DNA of 63,992 nt, filler included, from Basidiobolus ranarum (taxonomy: Eukaryota), in the NCBI GenBank assembly GCA_040143965.1. It is 5 parts of 5 records of this genome, joined end to end, with 100 filler letters (N's around TTAATTAATTAA, not from the genome) between each part and the next. Parts side by side here need not be neighbours in the genome. Positions count along the whole stretch, not along the records: positions 39,076 to 51,978 come from JASJQH010000515.1; positions 52,079 to 63,992 come from JASJQH010000578.1; 3 more parts are not named here. One strand, written 5' to 3'. A program made the translations under genes and the position numbers. Position 1 is the stretch's first letter; each line of letters begins with the position of its first letter. The notes below the pieces were generated by a model. The model had not been told where the DNA came from, did not search any database, and saw only the letters and a program-made list of their open reading frames with translations. This document shows positions 51,161 to 62,209 of the stretch, piece after piece.

Positions 51161-51880
51161 TTAATTATGTTTTGTGTGCCCTCCTTTCTGACTAGAAGTA
51201 TTTCCACCACTATGGCCGCCAGCTTCTCCAGTATCAGAGCCGCTTTTACCGCCTTTGCTACTGCTACCTTTACCACCACCATTATCCAAACCGATATTTG
51301 CCCCAATATTTATACCACTCGAATGGCTACCTCCATTGCCTTTGTCGCCACCACCGCTACCTACGCCTGGTAACTTGACATCGGCGCCAATATTGACTCT
51401 ACCTTTACCATCACCATTGCCTTTATCGCCGTTGCTGCCATTTATACCCGGTAGATTAACATCAGCACCAATATTGATCCCACTTTTACCACCATTGCTT
51501 TTATTGCCACCGCTACTGCCACCTACACCTGGTAGATTAACCTCAGCCCCAATATTGACCCCACTTTTACCACTACTACCTTTATCGCCACCACCTACAC
51601 CCGGTAGATTTACGTCAGCACCAATATTGACTCCACTTTTACCTCCATTGTCATTACTACCACCTACTCCGGTATCATAGCCACTTTTGCCGCCCTTGCT
51701 TCCATTGTCTTTACCATCTCCTGCTCCTGTATCGTAACTATCTTTGCCGTTATCACCTTTCCCGCCCTTACCTCCGTTATCTTTGCCACCACTTACGCCA
51801 GTATCGTAGCCACCTTTGCCATTATTACCTTTTTCGCCCTTACCTCCGTTATCTTTGCTACCGCTTACACCACTAAGCCC
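51161..51880 (-). CDS. Gly-rich repeat protein (YDTG x3; G(V/I)NIGA(D/E)V(N/K)LPG-like x4-5); N-terminus missing
   Basis: Open frame with regular repeats. Sequence character switches abruptly at a GCGGCCGC site near 51882. Confidence 0.7.
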   Translation of the reverse strand, partial: GLSGVSGSKDNGGKGEKGNNGKGGYDTGVSGGKDNGGKGGKGDNGKDSYDTGAGDGKDNGSKGGKSGYDTGVGGSNDNGGKSGVNIGADVNLPGVGGGDKGSSGKSGVNIGAEVNLPGVGGSSGGNKSNGGKSGINIGADVNLPGINGSNGDKGNGDGKGRVNIGADVKLPGVGSGGGDKGNGGSHSSGINIGANIGLDNGGGKGSSSKGGKSGSDTGEAGGHSGGNTSSQKGGHTKHN

Positions 51881-52078
51881 AGCGGCCGCGGCAAAAGCTG
51901 CGAAGGCGTTCGCCAGACGAGAAGAGGAAAGTCTTTCACCCAATCTAGAGGATGAAGAAGCAAAAGCAACTCTAGGTTNNNNNNNNNNNNNNNNNNNNNN
52001 NNNNNNNNNNNNNNNNNNNNNNTTAATTAATTAANNNNNNNNNNNNNNNNNNNNNNNNNNNNNNNNNNNNNNNNNNNN

Positions 52079-52360
52079 AAGCACAGTACTAGATACAAGC
52101 TCCTCGCACCATTCATTAACTCCAAAGTGAAGAAGATCATCGAGCAGATGGTTCCTCAGAAATTGACAGAAATGCTAGTTGATATTGATGATAAAATCGC
52201 TTCTCAAACTGAAGTAATACTCGCTAAAGCTGCTGTGAAACGTGCACAAGTCGAGGAGGAGAGGAGAAGTCTAGATCAACCACAACCAGGCCATGATAAC
52301 TCACAATGGACTTCAGATGCTTATAATCTTCCAAATACTCCACGTCATAATACGAATTAA
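52079..52360 (+). CDS. 3' fragment of an unidentified gene; 5' part in or before the gap
   Basis: Open from the gap edge: KHSTRYKLLAPFINSKVKKIIEQMVPQK...RHNTN*. AATAAA downstream. Confidence 0.5.
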   Translation, partial: KHSTRYKLLAPFINSKVKKIIEQMVPQKLTEMLVDIDDKIASQTEVILAKAAVKRAQVEEERRSLDQPQPGHDNSQWTSDAYNLPNTPRHNTN

Positions 52361-52536
52361 ATGTATTTAGGGCTACAAGGTTTATTCTCGCTAATAGTAA
52401 CAACATCAGTAAATACATATTGAATTAAATTAATAAATATGAGCAAACCATGAATTACAACAATAGTCTAGTACAAAGGATTCTATCATCCATAAATCAT
52501 ATGTAGAATTTAATATGTGCTCAAGGTAAATTGCTT

Positions 52537-53020
52537 CTAATAGAATATATACTTCTTTGGACGATTAATTACGATTGGTACAATACTCGATTTGCTCAAC
52601 GTTTCGATAGTTTTTCTGATGGTAGTAAAAGTGGCATTTCCATGGAACTTTAGAGTATACTTTCCTAGTGGCAGTGATTCTGGTATGAACCATTCTTGTT
52701 TGATGGCTCGAGTCCAGTTATCCATTTTTCTAGAAGTAGATGCGATATTCCATAACATAGTTCGATTAACACTATCCAATAAATCCACTCTCACAAAATC
52801 AAGATATGCTAAATCTTGCTGAAGTAGCCGATAGATTAATTCTACTTTATTACCACGAGTTAGTTTTGCATTGGGTTTTGGCTCCAAGACTAGAATTTGA
52901 TCTTGAAAAGGGCACACGTTAGTTATTTCATCCATGATTTTCTTTCTTCGAACACTTACCACCATGAATGGAATTTAGTAACAAAAGGATTCCTATGGGC
53001 ATGAATCGAGTGATGTACAT
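52537..53020 (-). CDS. Small secreted beta-sandwich-like protein, 2 exons (52960-53020, 52537-52901)
   Basis: Exon 1 MYITRFMPIGILLLLNSIHG (signal). 58-nt intron GTAAGT...CTAAC...CAAG. Exon 2 QILVLEP...EWFIPESLPLGKYTLKF. The splice restores frame (G+AT=Asp). Confidence 0.75.
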
Positions 53021-53647
53021 ACTGTGGGAGGGATGAGTTAACTTGGTTTAAAAAATGGTTTTAGGGGTTAGTTTGGAGGAAATCCAATTAAGGGTAAGAG
53101 AGGGATTATGATGCTTCTAATAACCGGTTATCCAAAGATACTCTCGTTCATCTAGTATCCTTTATATGGTTAATTTTCTCTGCTTGTCATGCATCAAACA
53201 CTATTTCATATGTAATAAAATTGATCGAATATCTGTGATCAACAAAGGAGACTTTGAAAATATGTAACTTGGTAAACATGGAAATTAAGTTTCATAAGGT
53301 TGCCTGTAATCAAAGCAAAATCAAAGCAAATGATTATTTCTCAAATTAATTAACATATGGAGTCATATTTCTTTGTTACCCTTGTTTAGATCCTGGAAAT
53401 TAGGGCCATCATCAATCATATTCAGATCTTTAGTGATGATGAAAGGACGGTTGCCACAACGGTTGCCACTCATGAAGGGAAATCATTCATAGTATTACTT
53501 CGCACAACCGAGGTGATTTGAAGTGAAGAGATTTTGGAAGGATATGAAGTCTCACTTGATTGACTATATAACAGTCAACCACGCCATTATGCAACTACAT
53601 AGAGTATTTCAAGCTTCTTTGAAAAACTCTATACTACCTAATTTCCA

Positions 53648-53968
53648 ATGGAGGCTCTTAGTTCGGATTTTCTAAAGGATGCGGAGCGTTTCTACTCCAA
53701 ATTATCCGAAAGACGTCGTGATGATTCTGGAAATGCTGGCAATTACCGACGAAGATCTGCTATACCAACTGTAGAAGAGGTACGTAGGATTGGTGCAAGA
53801 AGCAGACCCTATAGATCGAAGAATCGAGTGGACTCCACTGAAGTATCCAAGAGATTAAAGGTTTATCTTGGAAGTGGAGAGTCCTGCCCTATTCCAAGCT
53901 CACATGTTGAAAGGAAAACAACGATACCCAAGTCAGCAATACTTCAGAATCTGAATATTTTGATGTGA
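53648..53968 (+). CDS. Hypothetical basic protein (106 aa)
   Basis: ATG-initiated ORF with TATATAA ~80 bp upstream; no recognised motif. Confidence 0.4.
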   Translation: MEALSSDFLKDAERFYSKLSERRRDDSGNAGNYRRRSAIPTVEEVRRIGARSRPYRSKNRVDSTEVSKRLKVYLGSGESCPIPSSHVERKTTIPKSAILQNLNILM

Positions 53969-54518
53969 TCTTCTACTCTGTTAGCGGAATAGTTCAGGGT
54001 TTGTCACTGGTTGTAGCGTTGTAGCGATTTTGTATACTTCATATTGATTTGTTTAGTAGGATGTCAGTTGTATGAGATAATTTCAGTCGATGTAAATTCT
54101 TACCCTATCATCATCGATATCTCCTCCATTAAGGCTGAGTATATTACTGTTTGAGAAGGAATGAAACATAGCTTGACAATTGGGTTTTTGGTTTTAGCTC
54201 TGGCTCAGTTCAATGCATATCTGAGCGCAGTTGTGTAGCGTAGCATAATCAAAGCTATGTATACCATTCACGGTCACTTATTGCCTTTTATTGTTGTATC
54301 ACCTACGTCCTAAGCCACCGTTCATTTAACTCAATAAATAATCTATGCAGGTGATTCGTCTAAAAAGCATTTCTATTCGTCTCAATCTTAAGTTTAAATA
54401 CTGTAATAAATCAATGTTGTCTCAGCTAAGCCCATGCACCTGATTGTTATATAAGGCAAGAGCAGAGTCCGCTTGCGATTTGGTACACACGTTTGATTTC
54501 TTTACATTTCATGATTCA

Positions 54519-57059
54519 ATGAGCATTGTTGAATTGATTCAACGCGGTGATCTGGTAGCTATACAAAAGAGCGTGCTTCCTACAAGCATCAACCAACTGG
54601 ATCATAATGGGAATTCCCTCTTAGGGACAGCTTCGATAAATGATAATGCAGCGGTCATTGAGCTTCTACTGAAGATCGGTGCTGATGTAAACTTGAAAAA
54701 TACCGATGGAAAAAGTCCCATGTCCATTGCTTCGAGACATGGAAACTTTCAAGCTATGAGAGCTTTGGGTACTCAGAAGTGGGATGTCAGCGAACAAGGG
54801 TATGGTGTGTTACTGGATTGTGTTCAATATAACAATTCAGAGATAATCGAATGGTTATATCATCAAGGCATCACACAATCACTATTTGACGATGCAGAGA
54901 AGCTTCCAATTGTACAAGCTATCTATTACGGTCAATTGAATATCGTAAAGAAATTGGTCGAGCTTGGATTTGACGTTAACCAATTCGAATCTTGTGGCAA
55001 TAAAAACTCACCACTAATGATGGCGACTTACTGGGAAAAAGTGGATATCATTCAATATCTACTTGGTATACCTCAACTCAACCTGGATTCCCAGAGACAA
55101 GGCCATCAAAGTTTGATGGTGGCAATCGATCGAAAAAACCATTCGATTGTTCATAGACTACTTGAAGCGGGTATTAACCCTAACGACTATGATCCAGATA
55201 TTGACTTTGTGCCTATGGTTCAAGCAGGATACGCAGGTATACCAGATATAGCTAAAGAATTAATCAAGTATGGTGCCAAGATTGATGCGATCGACAGGCG
55301 AAATGAATCTGCGCTAACTCTTGCTTCGTATTGGGGATATCATGAATTAGTTAGATACCTGCTATCCGAGAATATAGACCTTACATCGCATAATCAGGGC
55401 AAAGTAAGCTTACTCAAAGCGATCGATCAAGACAATCATCGGATTGTTAAATATTTGCTAGAAGCTGGACAAAACGCAAATAGTGAAGATCCGGAAGTAG
55501 ATAAAGTTCCTATCATAGTTGCGAGCTATAAGGATAATGAGAAGATCATAAAATCCCTTCTAGAGTATGGAGCAGATATAAATGCTATAGGGCCAGATTC
55601 CTCTACTTCATTGACTACCAGTGCTTACTGGGGCCATGAAAAGGCCTTGGATTGCTTGCTTGAACATGGTGTGGCACTTGAGAAAGGCAAAAAACAAGGT
55701 TTTCGTGCCCTCATTACATCCATTGATCGCGGATACTATCGTATCACCCGGAAACTACTTAAGGCTGGTGTGAATCCCGGAGACTATGACCCAGAGATAG
55801 ATCATGTACCTATGGTGTCTGCAGGTAATAATGGAACTGTGAAAACATTGGAAATATTGGTCGAATTCAACCATGATATCAATTCCGTACGACATGACAA
55901 CCACACTGCATTGACTATCGCAAGTTATTGGAACCACGAAGCCGCTGTAATTGCCATAATAGAAGCTAATGTGGCTATGGAAAAGCACCGTCAAGGGTGG
56001 AGAGCTTTGATCATTGCTATAGAACGGGGTTATCATCGGATTGTACGGCTATTGCTCAAAGCTGGTGTAGATGCTAGCTCGTTCGACGCTGAAGTGGATA
56101 AGATTCCATTTATCGTAGCAGCATGCGAAGGAAATGTTGAAACATTAAAGATATTAATCGGCGCGGGTTATGATCCCAATATTAATGGTGCTAATAATGA
56201 GAATCCATTATCAAGTGCAGTATTTTGGGACCATTATGATGCGACAAAATATCTAATTGAAAGCACATCGCTCGGGAAAAATGGAAAAATGATTGAAATC
56301 GCCATAGGTGTTGCTGAAAAACGAAGTCATTCAAGAATTGCCGCTTTACTAAGTGAGTTCTTACAAAACATGGAGAGCTCTGTCTTAGATAATATATTTG
56401 CCTGCATAAAGACGGGAGATATATCAGTTGTTAACAACTACATACTAGCGAACCCAGAATCAGTTTTCTTGAGATTGCAACCTACAGATCAGACTCCTTT
56501 GATGCTCGCAAGCATTGAAAACCAACCAGCTATAGTTGAGTCTCTTTTAGATCATGGTGCTCATATTGATGCAAGTGATAACGAACGACAAACGTCTTTA
56601 ATATTAGCCACACGTCTGGGTCATCAAGAAGTTGTCCGCATTCTGTTACAACGTGGAGCTAATCCAAATCTCACTATGGGACCGCAGAACAGAACTTCTC
56701 TTATGATCGCCATAGAAAATGAACAAAACGAAATATTCAACATGTTGATACAACATGAAGCTAATCATGGTTATCCTGATTTAAGACTACGAACCCCACT
56801 TATGTATGCAGCTGAACAAGGAAGAGATCACATGCTTCAAACATTAATCGAGAAAGGGGCTCGGATTCAGGATCGGGATGGAGAAGATTCTTCTGCTGTG
56901 ATGCTTGCATCTTACAAGGAACATCAGAAAACTGCACAGATTTTGTTGGAAAGTGGGGCTACAATAGAAACAAGAGACTTGAATAAGATGAGTGGCATTG
57001 AGTGGTCTACGGCGTTGATAAAGCAATTTGCTCGCAAGTCGTTAGCTAGCTTTTTCTGA
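54519..57059 (+). CDS. Large ankyrin-repeat protein (~846 aa, roughly 20 or more repeats), intronless
   Basis: Repeated TPL..A...G...IV..LL..GA..N motifs over the whole length; no other domain visible. Confidence 0.92.
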   Translation: MSIVELIQRGDLVAIQKSVLPTSINQLDHNGNSLLGTASINDNAAVIELLLKIGADVNLKNTDGKSPMSIASRHGNFQAMRALGTQKWDVSEQGYGVLLDCVQYNNSEIIEWLYHQGITQSLFDDAEKLPIVQAIYYGQLNIVKKLVELGFDVNQFESCGNKNSPLMMATYWEKVDIIQYLLGIPQLNLDSQRQGHQSLMVAIDRKNHSIVHRLLEAGINPNDYDPDIDFVPMVQAGYAGIPDIAKELIKYGAKIDAIDRRNESALTLASYWGYHELVRYLLSENIDLTSHNQGKVSLLKAIDQDNHRIVKYLLEAGQNANSEDPEVDKVPIIVASYKDNEKIIKSLLEYGADINAIGPDSSTSLTTSAYWGHEKALDCLLEHGVALEKGKKQGFRALITSIDRGYYRITRKLLKAGVNPGDYDPEIDHVPMVSAGNNGTVKTLEILVEFNHDINSVRHDNHTALTIASYWNHEAAVIAIIEANVAMEKHRQGWRALIIAIERGYHRIVRLLLKAGVDASSFDAEVDKIPFIVAACEGNVETLKILIGAGYDPNINGANNENPLSSAVFWDHYDATKYLIESTSLGKNGKMIEIAIGVAEKRSHSRIAALLSEFLQNMESSVLDNIFACIKTGDISVVNNYILANPESVFLRLQPTDQTPLMLASIENQPAIVESLLDHGAHIDASDNERQTSLILATRLGHQEVVRILLQRGANPNLTMGPQNRTSLMIAIENEQNEIFNMLIQHEANHGYPDLRLRTPLMYAAEQGRDHMLQTLIEKGARIQDRDGEDSSAVMLASYKEHQKTAQILLESGATIETRDLNKMSGIEWSTALIKQFARKSLASFF

Positions 57060-57574
57060 GCACAGATGTTAATTTATTGTATTTAAGCTTCAAAATAATG
57101 ATCCTTTCAAATGAATATTCTACTGTTTATATTGTCGGTGTATTTAAACCTAAAATTAAAGGATCTTTTGAATAACGCTCACGTGAGAGGAAGAATTAAT
57201 AGGTAATCTAGATTCAGCGAGTGAATGCGTGAATGTGTGAGAGATGGTATAGTAATTGTTGGCCTGCATTTAACACTAACAGAGTATAACTGAGCATGTA
57301 GTAACTACCGTGTATGGAAATTCATTCTTCCATATGGAATACTTCGCATCTATAATAGTCAAGCTGATGACCTACAAGCAACTGATTCCATACCTAAGCC
57401 AAAGATTGGGCTTTGTAGTGGGCTTAGTTGGTGAGTAATGGATGCAACATATGAAACAACATTCGAATGCTTCTCTAAGAAAGCACAACATCATCATTAC
57501 TTCAAGAGTATATATAACATCATCATAGAAGTCCATTTGGGGCTATTATCATCCCTTTGTTGTCTTTATGTTTT

Positions 57575-58060
57575 ATGTCCAAGTCGCATCTTTCTGAATC
57601 CTACTGCCTTAGCCTCCGAACTGGCTGTCTTTTTCTTATGGTTGCCCAGATGGCCTGGGGCTGTATGTCCATAGTTGCCTCTGGCCTAGAGTTACTTCGG
57701 TTAAAAGATTTTCAATCCAATACCATTGATGGAGATCTAGCTCGCAGCGGGATGTGCGTTTTTATTACCGCTGGCATCGCTACGCTTTTAGTCGGTAGCT
57801 GTGGCTACATAGGAGTCCTTAAGAACAAGGTCGATATACTGCTGGCTTACTTGATTCTCGATGGTATGGCAGTTCTAATATCCATAGCTGCTGTCGTTAT
57901 TGTATTCAAAATTGGGGAAACATTACAGGCGATACAAATCATCGCTTCGGCATTATTCCAAGCATCTTTTTCTTATTTTATATCTCAATATCGTAGAATG
58001 ATTTTGATTGATGGAGATATCTGCACATCAAAAATCCCCCCTTTACAGCCAAATATTTAG
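57575..58060 (+). CDS. Small four-TM membrane protein, tetraspanin-like
   Basis: CLSLRTGCL start, four hydrophobic segments, LLVGSCGYIGVLKNKVDILLAYLIL. Confidence 0.65.
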   Translation: MSKSHLSESYCLSLRTGCLFLMVAQMAWGCMSIVASGLELLRLKDFQSNTIDGDLARSGMCVFITAGIATLLVGSCGYIGVLKNKVDILLAYLILDGMAVLISIAAVVIVFKIGETLQAIQIIASALFQASFSYFISQYRRMILIDGDICTSKIPPLQPNI

Positions 58061-58704
58061 AATCAGGATCTAGGAGTAATCTCTATTGCATAATCTTTCC
58101 TCTCACTTAATCGGTCACGCATTTAAGGTTCTTTCCCTATCCTAGCATTAACCTAGCATTAATATTAAACCTCTTCCAACCAATTCCTCCGATGGCCGGC
58201 AAGTAAAGTTGGTTGAATACAGAATAAGAATAGAGATTTATATCATCTACGCTGCGAGTAGTGTGGCAAATATGTGGTCGAACAATGAACCGTTTCCAAA
58301 TCAATTGCCCTCCAAATCCGGTTATTTTCCAACAAATCAAATGGTAAAGGTTAAAATTAGAGTCTGACTAATTGGAACTAAAGTTTGATGAAATTAATGA
58401 GAAATCTTTTGCATGAGAAATGGCCATACAAGTTTCGAAGTGGCGCTACGTGTTACAAGGTCAACTCAACCCTAATCTTATTGACTGTTATAGAAGTGAC
58501 TTCAACGGCAATACCTTATTTAGCTTGATTCGACTGTCAATACTGTGTAGATGTATATAGCAATAAATTAATCAGGTTTTCTCATTGGCGCAGATATAAA
58601 AGTTTAACTTTTGGGGTGTTGTGATCTTTTTATAGATCTCTTGAGTATAAATACCGCCCTGAACCTCCCTTTCACTCAATATATTTTCATTCACACATTG
58701 AAAG

Positions 58705-59268
58705 ATGACTGCAATCCTCTCCTCTGTAGCAACTTCTTCCAAGCCTAGAGTGCGCGATCCCTCTCCTCCAAGACCTGGTCAAATTGCCTTTGATATCGAA
58801 TTAGGGGAAAACGAAGAGGCAATAGTCCGAACCCCCTATCAAACATGCTATACAATGAGCTTGAAGAAAGGCTTATTTGGAAGTAAAGTAAGAGTATACG
58901 ACAGTATTGCCGGTAAAGAGCTCTTTGTAGCAAAGAGTAGAGCGGCACTTGGATATATTCAGATACACAGCTCATGCTTTGAAACACGTTTACAATTTTC
59001 AAGACCTGCTTCTAAAAGTGGTATTTACGGTTTCGAAGTACATGGAATCAAGTATTTCTGGGATTATGAACATGATTCTCATTTGAGATGCTTTACCGCC
59101 TTCGAGAAGACTTTAGTTGCTCAATTCAAATACAACGTCGATGAAGATTCCAAGAAAATCGGACAATTAGTACTTACTGAACAAGTTGCTCATCCTCATA
59201 TTCAGCCATTCTTAATCCTAACGGCGCTTCTGTTCCTCAAACGTAAAATCTGGTGCTCTATGCATTAA
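58705..59268 (+). CDS. Hypothetical protein, possibly tubby/LURP-one-like barrel (DUF6593-like)
   Basis: TATAAATA at ~58647. Pattern FEVHGIKYFW...LVAQF...GQLVL...FLILTALL (beta strands plus a terminal hydrophobic helix). Fold call is inference. Confidence 0.65.
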   Translation: MTAILSSVATSSKPRVRDPSPPRPGQIAFDIELGENEEAIVRTPYQTCYTMSLKKGLFGSKVRVYDSIAGKELFVAKSRAALGYIQIHSSCFETRLQFSRPASKSGIYGFEVHGIKYFWDYEHDSHLRCFTAFEKTLVAQFKYNVDEDSKKIGQLVLTEQVAHPHIQPFLILTALLFLKRKIWCSMH

Positions 59269-59858
59269 TTCGGTATCTTATTGAAGCTGGTCTCTCTATC
59301 TGCCCATTATTCACCCGTTGAGTATCTTCTGAATTCACATACACACATACACATGCATCACAACAATCCACTTCAGAGAAATCGACAATACTATCATAAC
59401 CCTAGATACTGTTTTGAGTTTTGTACATAATAAATCATTGCAAGCAGTTTACCATGTCATAACCTTTGAGTACACGTTTGGTCGTAGAACGGTCCAGATC
59501 CCATGTTTAATGTTCGATAAAGGTCCGCGATCGAACATACGCCCAATTCCAAACTGGTACATGGCCATTGGTTTCAACGAATCAAATTACCTGTCAGCCA
59601 CACTCAGTAGAAGGGCCATGGTCATGATCAATAAATGGTAAAGAAGTAAGTTGATCATTCCTAAACTATATTCAGATGTGTGGCGAGAATACTTCCGGAA
59701 ATACTGGCTTCATCTTGAATTTGTTCGATTCACAGATTCGCTAGCTAAGACAATTTATAACCAACCTGTATGAAAGTGATGACTCTAACCTCGACCCCAC
59801 AATTACCTAATCCATCTTCTACTCACTGACGACAATCATGGCTAATCTTCAGTTCACT

Positions 59859-59980
59859 AAGTTAAGGGATTGCTTCTTTGATTGAAAATGTTAAACAAAG
59901 TTAAGGAACTGAAAATGTTAAACAAAGTTAAGGGATTGAAAATGTTAAACAAAGTTAATGGTTTGCTTCTTTGATTGAAA
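59859..59980. repeat. 27-bp tandem repeat, about 3 copies, with duplicated flanks
   Basis: TGAAAATGTTAAACAAAGTTAA at 59883, 59910 and 59937; TTGCTTCTTTGATTGAAA on both sides. Confidence 0.9.
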
Positions 59981-60617
59981 GTGATTCTATATCAAATATA
60001 ATCAACCAAATAAGCACTCGCCAGAGGATAATTGCAATGTTACGCTAACAAGCATCTAGTAATGATCAAGTAACATCAAGTAACACCCCATATATCAAGT
60101 CATATCCCAATATATACATTACATCATGATTCAATCAAGGTAACTTATCCAAATGTAGTAATGTGCCTTCAATCCTAAAATGCTAAATCATCAGTATTGA
60201 AGTAACCTTAGATTAACCAGCATCCAAACGAGTAATCTAACGCCACTGCCTTGATCCTACTCTTTTCGTATGGGTATGTAGTTATGTCATGACTAAGTTG
60301 TAAGAAATTGGATAGTCTTTCCTAAATTTACCAGTGTATATAAAACTCGGAAAAACGGATTCTTAATTTGTATTCTCAGTGTTTTTTCAGGGCCATGATT
60401 AGTTTATATATCCGTTCATTATGTAATGTGTAATTTCTTTACTTTAGTTGATCTTTCACTTCGTGAATATATCATTTATCTCGAGATCTTGAGTTTGGAT
60501 TGCTTACCTTTTGTTGAAAATGACACAACTTAATCATCTACATTGTCACATAGTTAGCTACCTAAATTTCACTATGTTATCATTCAATTTCTTCACTTGG
60601 AATATTTTTACTGGTAA

Positions 60618-62200
60618 TGCTGAAATTAGTATAGCCTAGATATGTATATAATCATACATAGCTTAGTATTTAGTTAATCTATATTTTGCTAAAATATCAC
60701 TTACTATTCTCACGAGGAATATACATTGAGGTTTGAAGATATATAGATTTTGAATTGGTAGTTAATATTTATTCTACTTTTTGATTACATTTATATATTA
60801 TAAATATATCATAAACAAGAAAGCAAGCAATCTATAGCTCCAATATTCTAATTGGGGTATAGCAACATATATACGTATATAATCAATATGTCTTATCCTA
60901 TGAGAAATGTAACTAGAAATTGTTGCAGAATCTGGTCATGATGGTGGTAGACTCTGTATATTAGAGTCATCTTATGAAAGTATTTTAGTTATGCTATTCT
61001 TAAGAGAATATGATAACTGATGTAGCAAAGAAGTAAGCTAATTGTTTGAGATATTCAGGAGCTTATGCAATAAGCTATAATAGATAAGTAAGGGTAATAA
61101 GACACACTGGATGGATAGATATAGAGACATTGCTGATTATAACATAGGGGCTATAGATAAATGGCTTTCTGTTTCTGATGTATGTATCTTAACTTAAATG
61201 AACCAAGATGATGAATACAGATTAGTTATCTCACATCTTCCCTAAATTCTTGTTCATCATTGTGGTCATATTCATTAATATCTATGACTGCTCTGAACTT
61301 CTCAAACTTGAGGTTTTGAGTGGTTTTGTTGGTAAATCAGAAAGCAAGCTTTTAGTATAACTATAAACAAAGTTCACTTCTTTGTCTTGAACTATCTCTT
61401 GTAAAAAAAATGTCTTATGTCAATATGTTGCATCCATGAGTGATGTTTAGGATTTTTGATATTCTGAATACCAATGATATCATCTTGATATATTGGGATA
61501 GGATTAACTTGATTATATCACATAACAGGAATTTGAGGATGGTTATTTTAAGAAAACCATCATACTTTTAATCCATTTTAGATTGACTGTCAACTTACTA
61601 TCATAAAATCAGCAAGTGAGATTTGATTTCAATCAATGTTTCCAATTTCAGGAGTGAAATTCCAAGATCTTGCAAAATAGTTGCACATGTTTGACTACAA
61701 TGTCAGAAAACTATGGATCTACATATGAGTGAAAAATGTTACCACAATGTTATATTTTTACCACTTTGATGCTAATTTTTCACCAAAATCCCTAGTTTCT
61801 TTGATATATTCTCCTGTATATTGATATGAAGTACTTTATACCCAAGATTTAGCTCATATCTAATATAAGTTTGTATCAGTATCTCTATCAAAGCCCACAA
61901 TTGTATTAACATTGGTGAATCAAAATTCTTCTAGCAATCTGGAAGATATCCTGCAATATTATACCAATCTGTATTGAGTTCTTACCAAATATCTTTGTGG
62001 TCTACACCAGACTGAGTGTCTAAATATCTTGTTGATGGTCCTTCTTCTGAAGCCACTTGTTGCATACTTGCACCTCATTGTTTCCTTCATACTTTTGAAA
62101 ATACTCTTCAAAAACTTTTACTAATTTTTTACATCCCTGTAGTTTGATACTACTCAGTGTGCCTTGTGGTGTTTTGGCAGCTTTTTGCTTCCCTAAGATC
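60618..62200. mobile_element. Degenerate LTR fragment (60618-60750 +) followed by a second Copia-family pol remnant on the minus strand
   Basis: Minus strand: TQSGVDHKDI (RT start), CD-NQ-like and HIDIRHFF...TKPL (RNase H), PPT AGGGAAGA then TGTGA at 61235. Confidence 0.65.
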
Positions 62201-62209
62201 TTACCCCTT

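Noticed and set aside
59859-59980. 27-bp direct repeats as a possible CRISPR array
   Set aside because: No unique spacers, no cas genes, eukaryotic context; a simple tandem duplication.
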